Shown piece by piece: positions 40,899 through 50,114 of a stretch of 64,000 nt of DNA. Position 1 is the stretch's first letter. Each line of letters opens with the position of its first letter. The stretch comes from an uncultured Flammeovirgaceae bacterium. Lineage in GTDB: Bacteria; Bacteroidota; Bacteroidia; Cytophagales; MED-G16. Under the pieces are notes generated by a model. That model did no database searches. It worked only from the letters and a program-made list of their open reading frames with translations, and was not told the origin of the DNA. The DNA is taken from positions 12,011 through 76,010 of the forward strand of contig CAJWTC010000001.1 in the NCBI GenBank assembly GCA_913046795.1, in the 5' to 3' direction. The translations under genes and the position numbers were made by a program.

Positions 40899-42185
40899 TT
40901 AATTCATAATATCTTCAATTTCTTCAGGAAGGATAGGAATATTTTCCATCAGATTAGTATTTTTATCTCTACCAATAAGGATATCGTCTTCTAACCTTAT
41001 ACCAATTTTTTCTTCCTCTATATATATCCCAGGTTCTATTGTGAATACATTACCTTCTTTAATCTCAACATAAAAGTTACCGACATCATGTACATCTAAT
41101 CCTAAGTGGTGAGATGTCCCGTGCATAAAATACTTTTTATAAGCAGGATTTTTTGGATCTTGATTCTTAATATCAGTCTTATCAATAAGTTTAATTCTAA
41201 GTAATTCACTCTCCATAATTTTTCCTACTTCTCTATGATATTGGTCTATCGTATTACCTGGTCTTAGGATTTTATTTGCTTCATTCTTGACATTTAAAAC
41301 AGCTTCATAAATTTTTAATTGTCTATCAGAAAACTTTCCATTAATAGGAACTGTTCTTGTCATATCCGACCTGTAATTAGCATACTCTGCCCCAACATCC
41401 ATTAATATAATATCCCCATCTTCACACTGAATATTATTTGTGTTATAATGAAGGCAGCATGAATTAATTCCTGATGCTATTATAGGTTGGTAAGCAAAAC
41501 CTCTGGATCTATTATTTATGAATTCATGTGAGTACTCTGCTTCAATTTCATATTCCCAAACTCCAGGTTTTATAAATCGGAGTACTCTTCTAAATCCTTT
41601 CTCAGTTATGTCACAAGCTGTTTGAATCTGAGATATTTCCTCTTCTCTTTTAATCATTCTATTCTCACTAAGAATAGGATATGATCTTTTTATTTCGTAT
41701 AAGGGAAACTTTGATTCTATCTTGCTAATGAACCTATCCTGCGCTGTCTCAACCTCTGTAACTGATCTTATGTGCTCATTCTTATCAAGATATATGTTTT
41801 TGGACTCGGCTAATATTAAGGCTAAAATTTTTTCAAACTGATCATTCCATAACACTGTTTCTATTCCAGATATTTCTGAGGCTTCTTTCTTCGATAACTT
41901 ATTACCTTCCCAGATAGCAATTTCTTCGCTTGTCTTCTTGATAAATAGAATCTCTCTCATCCTTCTATCAGGAAATTGAGGAGCTATGATCAGGTAAGTA
42001 TCTTCTTGATCAATTCCTGTCAGATATAATAAATTTGTATTTTGAACAAAAGGAAGTAATTCATCTGCATTTGTTGGAAGCTCATCATTAGAAACAAAAA
42101 CTGAGACAGAATTAGATTCAACTTTGCTCTGATATTTTTTTCTATTTTTGATATATAGTGAATTGTTAATTCTGTTATATCTCAT
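40899..42185 (-). CDS. Xaa-Pro aminopeptidase (M24B, aminopeptidase P family)
   Basis: 428 aa with metal-ligand motifs DVGAEY, HGTSHHLGLDVHD and TIEPGIY. Confidence 0.88.
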   Translation of the reverse strand: MRYNRINNSLYIKNRKKYQSKVESNSVSVFVSNDELPTNADELLPFVQNTNLLYLTGIDQEDTYLIIAPQFPDRRMREILFIKKTSEEIAIWEGNKLSKKEASEISGIETVLWNDQFEKILALILAESKNIYLDKNEHIRSVTEVETAQDRFISKIESKFPLYEIKRSYPILSENRMIKREEEISQIQTACDITEKGFRRVLRFIKPGVWEYEIEAEYSHEFINNRSRGFAYQPIIASGINSCCLHYNTNNIQCEDGDIILMDVGAEYANYRSDMTRTVPINGKFSDRQLKIYEAVLNVKNEANKILRPGNTIDQYHREVGKIMESELLRIKLIDKTDIKNQDPKNPAYKKYFMHGTSHHLGLDVHDVGNFYVEIKEGNVFTIEPGIYIEEEKIGIRLEDDILIGRDKNTNLMENIPILPEEIEDIMN

Positions 42186-42242
42186 TTATTTTTTTTGAGT
42201 TAAAGATACATTAATTGTTAATAAATTTTTAATTTGTGAAGT

Positions 42243-42893
42243 ATGGACTTTCTTGATAAAAGAATTGAAGATTATTGCTTGGCGTATTCAGACAGAGAGT
42301 CATCACTACTCAAGGAAATTAATGAATACACTATCAAAAATGTTCATCAGCCAAGAATGTTATCAGGGCATCTTCAGGGAAGGTTTTTAAGTATGATCTC
42401 AAAAATAAAAAAACCTAATAACATATTAGAGATAGGTACTTATACAGGTTATTCAGCACTCTGCATGGCAGAGGGGTTAAGTAAAAATGGAAAGCTTATA
42501 ACAATTGATAAGGACACGTCTCTTCATAAAAAAGTTTCAGAGTTTTTTAGGAGGTCAAAATATAAAAATCAAATTGTTCAGAAATTAGGTAATGCAATCG
42601 ATATATTACCTGAAATTGATGATGTATTTGACCTAGTATTTATAGACGCTGATAAAAGAAATTATCAAAAATATTTTGAGATAGTCTTACCAAAAGTTAA
42701 TCCAGATGGTATAATACTTGTAGACAATGTTTTATGGAGTGGTAAGGTTACTGACTTGAGAGGAAATAAAGACGATAGACTGACAAAAGTTATGGATGAT
42801 TTTAACAAGTTTATTAGTAATTTAACAGATGTAAATAAGATGATCTTACCGATAAGGGACGGTATATCAATTATTATAAAAAATGGTCAATAA
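42243..42893 (+). CDS. class I SAM-dependent O-methyltransferase (family 3, CCoAOMT-like)
   Basis: 216 aa with ILEIGTYTGYSALCMA SAM-binding motif and FIDADKRNY. Confidence 0.85.
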   Translation: MDFLDKRIEDYCLAYSDRESSLLKEINEYTIKNVHQPRMLSGHLQGRFLSMISKIKKPNNILEIGTYTGYSALCMAEGLSKNGKLITIDKDTSLHKKVSEFFRRSKYKNQIVQKLGNAIDILPEIDDVFDLVFIDADKRNYQKYFEIVLPKVNPDGIILVDNVLWSGKVTDLRGNKDDRLTKVMDDFNKFISNLTDVNKMILPIRDGISIIIKNGQ

Positions 42894-44130
42894 AATAATT
42901 TTAAGTCTTTTATGTTATACCATAATAGTTCCATATCTATACTCTCAAGAGTCACCTAAAGTACCAAATTCGTTAAGGATTGATAACATTGTACTTAATA
43001 TCAAACCCGAGGCAAAGGAAATTATTCAGATAGAGGTAGATGCCTTACATGCAAACGAAAAATATTTTCAAATTTTTATCGATAGGATTCAGATTTATTT
43101 TCCAATAATTGAAAGGATCTTAGAAGAAGAAAATGTTCCTGATGACTTAAAATATCTTTCGGTCCAAGAGTCTGCATTAATTCCTGATGCTGTTTCATCA
43201 TCAAACGCAGTTGGTTTTTGGCAATTTAAATCGGAGACAGGTAAAGATTATGGACTTAGTATAAATGATGATGTAGACGAGAGGAAAAATATAATTTCAT
43301 CTACAAGGGCAGCTGCACGTTATATCAAGAACAGTAACTTCATTTTTGAAAATTGGATTTTTTCTATCCTATCTTATCTTGAAGGTTTGAGTGGAGCAAA
43401 ATTAAAGGTTGATCCTAATCTTTATGGTGCCAAGAGGTTAGATATAGGTGAGGAAACACATTGGTACATAATAAAATTTTTAGCTCATAAAGTAGCATTT
43501 CAAGATTATATAGATGAAAATAAATTCGATAGAAATTATTCTATTTATACAAATCAAATTTTCAAAAATATTAGAGATATTTCCTCTGAATTATCAATTG
43601 ACTACAAAAAGTTAAAAGATTTGAATAAGTGGATTCAGACAGATGAAATACCTAATGATAAAGAGTATTCTTTCTTGATTCCGACCGATTTAAATTATTT
43701 AAAAGAAAAAATAAGTTCATTTGATTTTGATAAGGTAAAAGACTTTGTAGAATCTAAAATAACATCTTCAATTGATTTAAAAATAAAAAATATACTCTCT
43801 AATAGAACCATATTTCTAAATAATTTACCTGCTATAATTATAGATTCTAGTGATAATATAGAACAAATTGTAAATGTCTATCACATATCAAAGAAATTAT
43901 TTATTACCTATAATGATGTAGATAATAATCATAAATTAGTTCCTGGACTACCTTATTATTTATCTAAGAAAAAAAAGAGAGGAAGGGTAGAGTCATACTA
44001 TAAAAGTGATGAGGAAGATTTATGGCATATATCTCAACTCTTTGGTGTTCAATTAAAAAGCTTAAAGAAGATTAATAAAGGAAATCAAACTAATAGAATA
44101 CTGCTTAGAAGGAGATTTAATCTTTTATGA
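42883..44130 (+). CDS. lytic transglycosylase (SLT domain) with probable C-terminal LysM
   Basis: 415 aa with a signal peptide. SLT catalytic region [24 protein letters not shown]. LysM-like [20 protein letters not shown] at the C-terminus. Confidence 0.8.
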   Translation: MVNKIILSLLCYTIIVPYLYSQESPKVPNSLRIDNIVLNIKPEAKEIIQIEVDALHANEKYFQIFIDRIQIYFPIIERILEEENVPDDLKYLSVQESALIPDAVSSSNAVGFWQFKSETGKDYGLSINDDVDERKNIISSTRAAARYIKNSNFIFENWIFSILSYLEGLSGAKLKVDPNLYGAKRLDIGEETHWYIIKFLAHKVAFQDYIDENKFDRNYSIYTNQIFKNIRDISSELSIDYKKLKDLNKWIQTDEIPNDKEYSFLIPTDLNYLKEKISSFDFDKVKDFVESKITSSIDLKIKNILSNRTIFLNNLPAIIIDSSDNIEQIVNVYHISKKLFITYNDVDNNHKLVPGLPYYLSKKKKRGRVESYYKSDEEDLWHISQLFGVQLKSLKKINKGNQTNRILLRRRFNLL

Positions 44131-45313
44131 TTTTCTCTATTATTTTTCCATCAGATTTACTCTTTAAGATTAATTTTTTATCTCCATAGTGCGTTACCTC
44201 TTCTTTAACTAGATAAAATTTGTCATCATAACTATCTAGAGCACTTATCTTCTCAACTCCCTCTTTTCCTCTCCAAATATCTAGTTTTATTTTTTCCCAT
44301 CTCTTAGATTTGATTGATTTATATGATGCATCAATAATTGCATTTACTATATATCCATCGTAAAATGTCTCGGCAGGACTCTCTCCTTTTTCTAGGTTAT
44401 CAAACATGTCTGCGAACATATGATTATATCCAAGCTCATTCAGTTCATCACCAACCGGGAAAATCCATCCAGAATCAGACTCAGCTTTTTCTGCCACATA
44501 ATCTCCTCCTTTACCCGTTGTAAACATTTCAAATCCTGTCCTTAAAAAGGAATTTACCCAAATTGTACCCTCAGTACCCATCACCTCATCCCTTAGGTCT
44601 AAGCCACCTCTAAATGTCCAACTTACCTCAAACTGTCCAATAGCTCCATTTTCATATTTTACTAACCCAATTGCATGATCTTCAGCATCTATTGGCTTTA
44701 CCTGAGTGTCTCCCCAACACATTACCTCAATTGGTTTTATATCCTTTCCAATATAGTTCCTGCTGATTTCTATACAGTGACATCCAAGATCAAGAATACA
44801 CCCTCCACCTGCCTGCTCTTTATCCCAGAACCAGTCGCTGTGAGGTCCAGGGTGTGTCTCTCTTGACTTTGTCCATATAATTTTCCCAAGACTTCCTGCT
44901 TTAACACTTTCATTTGCTTTAAGAAATTTTGGTGTGTAGCAGAGGTCTTCTAGGTATCCTGCAAATATCCCAGCCTTCTCAACTGCCTCAACCATTCTCT
45001 TAGCTTCCTCAGCTGTTCTTCCAAGAGGCTTGGTACAAATTACAGCTTTGTTGTGTTTGCAGCAAAGGTGTACAGCCTGTTCATGTAAGTTATTAGGAAG
45101 AGATATACATACAACATCTACATCTGGCCTAGATATAGATTCTTCCATGTCTGTAGTCCAGTGTGGAACTTTATAATCATCAGCAAACTTTTTAGCACTT
45201 TCTTCTCTCCTTGAGTAAATAGAAACTACTCTATCTTTATTCCTATATCCATGAAGAGAATCAGTATAAAATCTCCCAATAAACCCTGAGCCTAACATTG
45301 AAATTTTTTGCAT
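44117..45313 (-). CDS. Gfo/Idh/MocA-family NAD(P)-dependent oxidoreductase (cytoplasmic)
   Basis: 398 aa with N-terminal Rossmann motif [13 protein letters not shown] and the EKP-like motif CTKPLG. Confidence 0.85.
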   Translation of the reverse strand: MQKISMLGSGFIGRFYTDSLHGYRNKDRVVSIYSRREESAKKFADDYKVPHWTTDMEESISRPDVDVVCISLPNNLHEQAVHLCCKHNKAVICTKPLGRTAEEAKRMVEAVEKAGIFAGYLEDLCYTPKFLKANESVKAGSLGKIIWTKSRETHPGPHSDWFWDKEQAGGGCILDLGCHCIEISRNYIGKDIKPIEVMCWGDTQVKPIDAEDHAIGLVKYENGAIGQFEVSWTFRGGLDLRDEVMGTEGTIWVNSFLRTGFEMFTTGKGGDYVAEKAESDSGWIFPVGDELNELGYNHMFADMFDNLEKGESPAETFYDGYIVNAIIDASYKSIKSKRWEKIKLDIWRGKEGVEKISALDSYDDKFYLVKEEVTHYGDKKLILKSKSDGKIIEKIIKD

Positions 45314-45318
45314 ATTAT

Positions 45319-46491
45319 TTATTTTTTGTCCTTAAAAAATACAATTAAAAATAGTAAAACAGCTGCAGATATATATGCTGGTATCTCCCAAATTCCAGAC
45401 CAATTCTTCATACCTTCTACAGTATAATACTCTGTTATTAATCCGGAAAACCATGACCCAATAGTCATTCCAATCCCGTATGTTGCTACAGTAAATAATC
45501 CTTGTGCAGCATTCTTGATTTTTTTATTTGCCTTATTTTCAGTGTACATAAACCCTGTCACAAAAAAGAAATCGTAACAAACTCCATGTAATATTATCCC
45601 AGATATTATCATCCAGTAAGATGTTTCCAAGTCACCATTAGCAAAAAATACAAATCTTAGAATCCAAGCTGCAATTCCAATGATTAAAATATTTTTTACT
45701 CCTAACCTGTAATAGAGTAATGGGATTGTAAGAATAAAAATAGCTTCAGAAATCTGGCCATATATCATCTTCCCAGCAGCACCCTCCATTCCTATATCAT
45801 TAAGGAATACATTAGCAAATGAGTAATAGAATGATAGTGGTATACATATTAGTACAGCAGATATAAAAAATATTAGATAAGATTTATCTTTAAGCATTAC
45901 TAAACCCTCTAGCCCTAAAGCAGAGTCTTCAGACTTACCCTTAGGTGGAACGTCAGGAAGAACAAAGGAAAATATGCCGAGTAATATCGATGCTGAGGCA
46001 GCTATGTAGAAGGTATACGATATACTATCAAGATTATTTTCTAACTGTAGTTTACCAATAATTAAGCCTGCAACTATCCACCCAAAAGTTCCAAAGAATC
46101 TAATAATTGGAAATGTCTTCCCTGAATCAGAAATATTAGCAAAAACTATATTATTTGATAGAGCAACTGTTGGCATATATGTCAGAGAGTACATTAATAC
46201 TGTCAAAATAAAAATCATCGAAGAAGAAACCTGTGTAGCATAAATTAGTATCAAACCACCAATTATATGTAATGCTCCCATAGCATTTTGTGCTGAAAAA
46301 AATCTATCTGCAATTGAACCAACAAAAAACGGTGAAATAATGGCTGCAAAGGCAAAAGCACTGTATGCATTTCCTATATCAGTTCCCGATGACATTAGGA
46401 TTTTAGCCATGTAAGTTCCAGCTGTCACATACCAAGCTCCCCAAATAAAATACTGGAGAAACATCATCAAAGAAAGTTTGAAATTTTTCAT
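45319..46491 (-). CDS. MFS transporter, nucleoside:H+ symporter (NupG/XapB-like) family
   Basis: 390 aa with 12 TM helices. The N-terminus [16 protein letters not shown] is characteristic of the Nuc_H_symport family. Confidence 0.75.
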   Translation of the reverse strand: MKNFKLSLMMFLQYFIWGAWYVTAGTYMAKILMSSGTDIGNAYSAFAFAAIISPFFVGSIADRFFSAQNAMGALHIIGGLILIYATQVSSSMIFILTVLMYSLTYMPTVALSNNIVFANISDSGKTFPIIRFFGTFGWIVAGLIIGKLQLENNLDSISYTFYIAASASILLGIFSFVLPDVPPKGKSEDSALGLEGLVMLKDKSYLIFFISAVLICIPLSFYYSFANVFLNDIGMEGAAGKMIYGQISEAIFILTIPLLYYRLGVKNILIIGIAAWILRFVFFANGDLETSYWMIISGIILHGVCYDFFFVTGFMYTENKANKKIKNAAQGLFTVATYGIGMTIGSWFSGLITEYYTVEGMKNWSGIWEIPAYISAAVLLFLIVFFKDKK

Positions 46492-46590
46492 TATAGTATG
46501 GTTAATTTTTGAAGTGCTATTAAGTTAAGAAAAAATTTTATAAATTAAAGTGATTTTATATCAATATTAGAAACTAAACAACCAAACCCA

Positions 46591-48045
46591 ATGCCACCAA
46601 AAAAAAATAACACTACAAATTCTAGAAGAGATTTCATAAAGAAAGGTTCAATTGCAGCATCAAGCTTTTTTATAGTCCCTAGACATGTACTAGGAGGTTC
46701 CGGATTTATATCACCAAGCGACAAACTAAATATTGCCGGAATTGGTATTGGTGGTAAAGGGACATCAGATCTTTGGAATGCCTCTAATGAAGGAAAAGAG
46801 AATGTTGTGGCGATGTGTGATGTTGACTCTGGTGAATATACCAAAAAATCAAGAGCACGATTTCCAAAAGCACAGTTTTTTAAAGATTACAGAGAGATGT
46901 TAGATAAAGTAAAAAATATTGATGCTGTAACAATATCAACACCAGATCATATGCATGCAATTCAAGCGATTTCCGCTATGCAGAGAGGCATTCATGTTTA
47001 TGTCCAAAAACCTCTTACACATAATATAAGAGAGACAAGGATTCTAACTGAGATGGCAAGAGAAAATAAGATTGTGTCTCAAATGGGAAACCAAGGTGCA
47101 TCTAATTCAGGAATGACAAAAGTTCAGGAATGGTTTAACGACGGAAAAATAGGTACAGTTGATGAGGTATATGTTTGGACAAACAGACCTGTCTGGCCTC
47201 AGGGTATTCCTGTTCCAAAGCCAACTGGATCAGCTGCTCCAGATAATCTTGATTGGGACCTTTGGTTAGGAACTGCTCCAGCTATACCATATTCAGAAGC
47301 ATATCATCCGTTCAACTGGCGTGGCTGGTGGGCATATGGAACAGGTGCATTAGGTGATATGGGTTGTCATATAATTGATGTTCCATTTAGAACATTAGGT
47401 TTACACTATCCTACAGCTGTTGAGTGTAGTGTAGGTCAAGTATTCATTAATATGTGGAACCCTGAATATATTCCAGAGGGATGTCCACCATCATCTTCAG
47501 TAACGTTAGACTTTAATGCAACGAAAAAAAATAATTCTTCTTTGAAGATGAGATGGCTAGATGGAGGCATAAGACCACCTCATCCTGACCTAATTCCTGC
47601 CAAGGATTCTTTAGGTACACCAAATAGTGCAAATGGTGTCATGATGATAGGATCTAAGGGAATTATTACAACTGGGGTCTATGGTTTTACTCCTAAATTA
47701 TATGTAGAAGGAGAAGAAACTGTTGAGTTTGATACATCAAATCAGCCTGGTAATGAGTTTGGACACCAATCTAAGTGGGTTGAGGCCTGTAAATCAGGAT
47801 TTAATAGTGATGAACATAAAAAATTGACGTCTTCTTTTGATTATTCTGGCCCTATGACTGAGACAGTTTTAATGGGAAATATCGCCATAAGAAGTTATAT
47901 GGAGATGAAAACAAATAAAAAAGGAACCTCGTTTTACCCTGGTAGAAAAAAACTTCTTTGGGATGGTGAAACTATGAAGATCACTAATTATAATGCAGCA
48001 AATAGATATGTAAGGAGATCCTACAGAGAAGGTTGGGAAGTTTAA
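46591..48045 (+). CDS. Tat-exported Gfo/Idh/MocA-family oxidoreductase (periplasmic)
   Basis: 484 aa with twin-arginine signal SRRDFIKKGSIAASSFF. Rossmann motif NIAGIGIGGKG and the QKPL motif. Confidence 0.85.
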   Translation: MPPKKNNTTNSRRDFIKKGSIAASSFFIVPRHVLGGSGFISPSDKLNIAGIGIGGKGTSDLWNASNEGKENVVAMCDVDSGEYTKKSRARFPKAQFFKDYREMLDKVKNIDAVTISTPDHMHAIQAISAMQRGIHVYVQKPLTHNIRETRILTEMARENKIVSQMGNQGASNSGMTKVQEWFNDGKIGTVDEVYVWTNRPVWPQGIPVPKPTGSAAPDNLDWDLWLGTAPAIPYSEAYHPFNWRGWWAYGTGALGDMGCHIIDVPFRTLGLHYPTAVECSVGQVFINMWNPEYIPEGCPPSSSVTLDFNATKKNNSSLKMRWLDGGIRPPHPDLIPAKDSLGTPNSANGVMMIGSKGIITTGVYGFTPKLYVEGEETVEFDTSNQPGNEFGHQSKWVEACKSGFNSDEHKKLTSSFDYSGPMTETVLMGNIAIRSYMEMKTNKKGTSFYPGRKKLLWDGETMKITNYNAANRYVRRSYREGWEV

Positions 48046-49676
48046 AACTCATAATCCAGACCAAGTTTATTTTTTAGATCTTCCAAGTTAGAATTCTGTT
48101 TAGATAAGTATTCAAACTTATCCTTATTGGTGTAGATTGTTTTCTCCTTCTTTTTAACATTTAATTTAGTCTTTAATTCAATACTCTTATCAAATTTTGA
48201 TTTTAGGAAAGAATGAAGTCTACTTTTTAAGTCTTCAAATATTGATAACTCTAATTCATTCTCAAGAGATAAAATAACTGAACTATCTACTATAGATATC
48301 TCTCTCTTTAGTACTGCCTCCTCAGACTTCTTATTGCCAACTCCTTCTCTAAACTCTTTGATTGCATTATTAAGGTTATCTATGTTAAAATCTATGATTA
48401 TGGGCACTATTTTCTCTTCAATAATTTCAGCCTTTTCTTCTTTTTTTGGTTTTGGACTTTCGTTTAATATATTCTTTAGATTTGGCGTGTCTTTATCTAA
48501 TTCTTCTTCTATTCTAGTTTCAGAAGGCTTAGGTTTTGAGATAACAGGATCAATTTTTTTCGAACTTTCTACATTAATTATATCTTTTTTCTCCGCAGTG
48601 GTAACTTTAGTTTTTTTTTTATTTAATGAAGATAATTTCATCAGAACAATTTCTGTATGAATTTGGTGATCATTTGACTGTTTATATTTTATCCCAAACT
48701 CATTTAATAACTCTATGCCTTTTTCTATAAAATCATTTTCTATCTCCTCAGATTGGGTTTTATATTTGATTTTTTCTGATTCAGAGACATCCATCAGTTC
48801 AACAAGCTTCTCATTTTTAGAATACAATAAATTTTTGAAGTGAGATGTTAACCCTGATAGAAGACTTATACTCTCAAATCCATTACTTATAATTTCTTTA
48901 TGTAAAATAATTGAGTTTGTTACATCTCCATTATAGATGAAATTGGATATTTTAAATAGATAGTCAGTATCTAGAATATTGAGATTTTTGGTTACGTCAT
49001 CGAGCTTTATTGATGATTCCTTTATAAAGGTTTTAATCAGGTCTAATGTTGATAGTGCGTCCCTAAGAGCCCCATCTGCTTTCCTTGCAATGAGGTGCAG
49101 AGCTTCATCTTCGTATTTTATATTTTCCGAATCTAAAATTTCACTTAATTTATTTTTAATATCTTGTATCTCTATTCTATTGAAGTCATAAATTTGACAC
49201 CTTGAAAGTATAGTTGGAATAACTCTATTTTTTTCAGTTGTAGCTAAAATGAATATGGCATAGGAGGGGGGTTCTTCAAGAGTTTTTAAAAAAGCATTAA
49301 ATGCAGCATTTGATAACATATGTACCTCATCAATGATATAAACTTTAAATTTTCCAGATTGAGGAGGATACCTTACCTGTTCAATTAAATTTCTTATGTC
49401 ATCTACTGAGTTATTAGATGCAGCATCGAGCTCATATATATTAAAATTATTTGAGTTTTCAAGAGGGTTGTTAAAATCAAATTCATTAATCTCGTTAGCT
49501 AATATCCTTGCGCAAGTAGTTTTTCCAACACCCCTTGGCCCACAAAAAAGAAGGGATTGTGCTACTTTATTATTTTTGACGGCATTCTGAAGTGTAGTAG
49601 TTACGTGATCTTGGCCTACAACATCATCAAATTTTGTTGGTCTATATTTCCTTGCCGATACAATATATTTTTCCAC
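48042..49676 (-). CDS. dnaX: DNA polymerase III subunit gamma/tau
   Basis: 544 aa with Walker A GPRGVGKTT, DEVHMLS and the SRC motif (LSRCQ). The C-terminal ~190 aa is a low-complexity, K/E-rich tau-specific region. Confidence 0.95.
   Translation of the reverse strand: MEKYIVSARKYRPTKFDDVVGQDHVTTTLQNAVKNNKVAQSLLFCGPRGVGKTTCARILANEINEFDFNNPLENSNNFNIYELDAASNNSVDDIRNLIEQVRYPPQSGKFKVYIIDEVHMLSNAAFNAFLKTLEEPPSYAIFILATTEKNRVIPTILSRCQIYDFNRIEIQDIKNKLSEILDSENIKYEDEALHLIARKADGALRDALSTLDLIKTFIKESSIKLDDVTKNLNILDTDYLFKISNFIYNGDVTNSIILHKEIISNGFESISLLSGLTSHFKNLLYSKNEKLVELMDVSESEKIKYKTQSEEIENDFIEKGIELLNEFGIKYKQSNDHQIHTEIVLMKLSSLNKKKTKVTTAEKKDIINVESSKKIDPVISKPKPSETRIEEELDKDTPNLKNILNESPKPKKEEKAEIIEEKIVPIIIDFNIDNLNNAIKEFREGVGNKKSEEAVLKREISIVDSSVILSLENELELSIFEDLKSRLHSFLKSKFDKSIELKTKLNVKKKEKTIYTNKDKFEYLSKQNSNLEDLKNKLGLDYEF
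48611..48620 (-). other. A10 homopolymer (slippery tract) in dnaX mRNA at the domain III / tau-extension boundary
   Basis: T10 on the plus strand, read as AAT AAA AAA AAA ACT (codons about 352-356). The -1 frame gives AAC TAA immediately. The +1 frame stops after 10 codons. Confidence 0.9.
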
Positions 49677-49695
49677 GTATCTAAATTAAATAAAT

Positions 49696-49703
49696 TAGAT
49701 TTG
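49696..49703 (+). promoter_or_regulatory. -7 promoter box TAnnTTTG (TAGATTTG) upstream of ssrA
   Basis: Exact motif, 26 nt upstream of the mature tmRNA 5' end. This implies a short 5' leader removed by RNase P. Confidence 0.45.
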
Positions 49704-49729
49704 CGCAACAATTATGTTCTTTGTTTTTT

Positions 49730-50094
49730 GGGGTCGACTGGAATTGACAGTATGACAAATTTTATTTTTGCATGTCGGGTGAAGGTAACATCCGTAATTA
49801 AATACAAATTTTTTATAAACGGCGAACGTAAATACGATTACGCTATGGCAGTTTAAGTTCCAAGAATTTAAATAACCACATCATTTTTAGTTTTGGTCTT
49901 CAACTAATTAATATGATGTCATAAGAAGATCTACCATATATTTTTTTCTACGGTCATATATGGGAATTTAAGTAGATAAGGATAGAAGTTGGTTGATATT
50001 TCCCTGCTCTATCACGAAAATTAAAAATTATCTAAGCATGTAGACGGGATATTATTTCCATATCTGGACGCGGGTTCGAATCCCGCCGACTCCA
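49730..50094 (+). ncRNA. ssrA: transfer-messenger RNA (tmRNA)
   Basis: The 5' GGGGTCG pairs with the 3' CGACTCC, including the G3:U wobble. T-arm is GCGGG-TTCGAAT-CCCGC at 50070-50086, with discriminator A at 50094. CCA is not encoded (the sequence continues CAA). The internal tag ORF GGC GAA CGT AAA TAC GAT TAC GCT ATG GCA GTT TAA lies at 49821-49856. Confidence 0.92.
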
Positions 50095-50114
50095 CAATAT
50101 TTATATTTTAAATT

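Noticed and set aside
46599-46607. A9 run at codons 3-6 of the Tat-exported oxidoreductase as a phase-variation switch
   Set aside because: It is a lysine-rich n-region ahead of the twin-arginine motif, which is normal for Tat signals. A9 runs are not rare here, and there is no supporting evidence for switching.
49557-49856. 99-aa plus-strand ORF spanning the dnaX 5' end, the spacer and the first part of ssrA
   Set aside because: It is antisense to dnaX and then runs through the tmRNA gene. Only its last 11 codons (GERKYDYAMAV) are meaningful, as the tmRNA tag.
49730-50114. Possible genomic island integrated at the tmRNA 3' end
   Set aside because: acnB begins its convergent stop 20 nt after the tmRNA. 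There is no integrase and no direct repeat of the tmRNA 3' end anywhere in the window.
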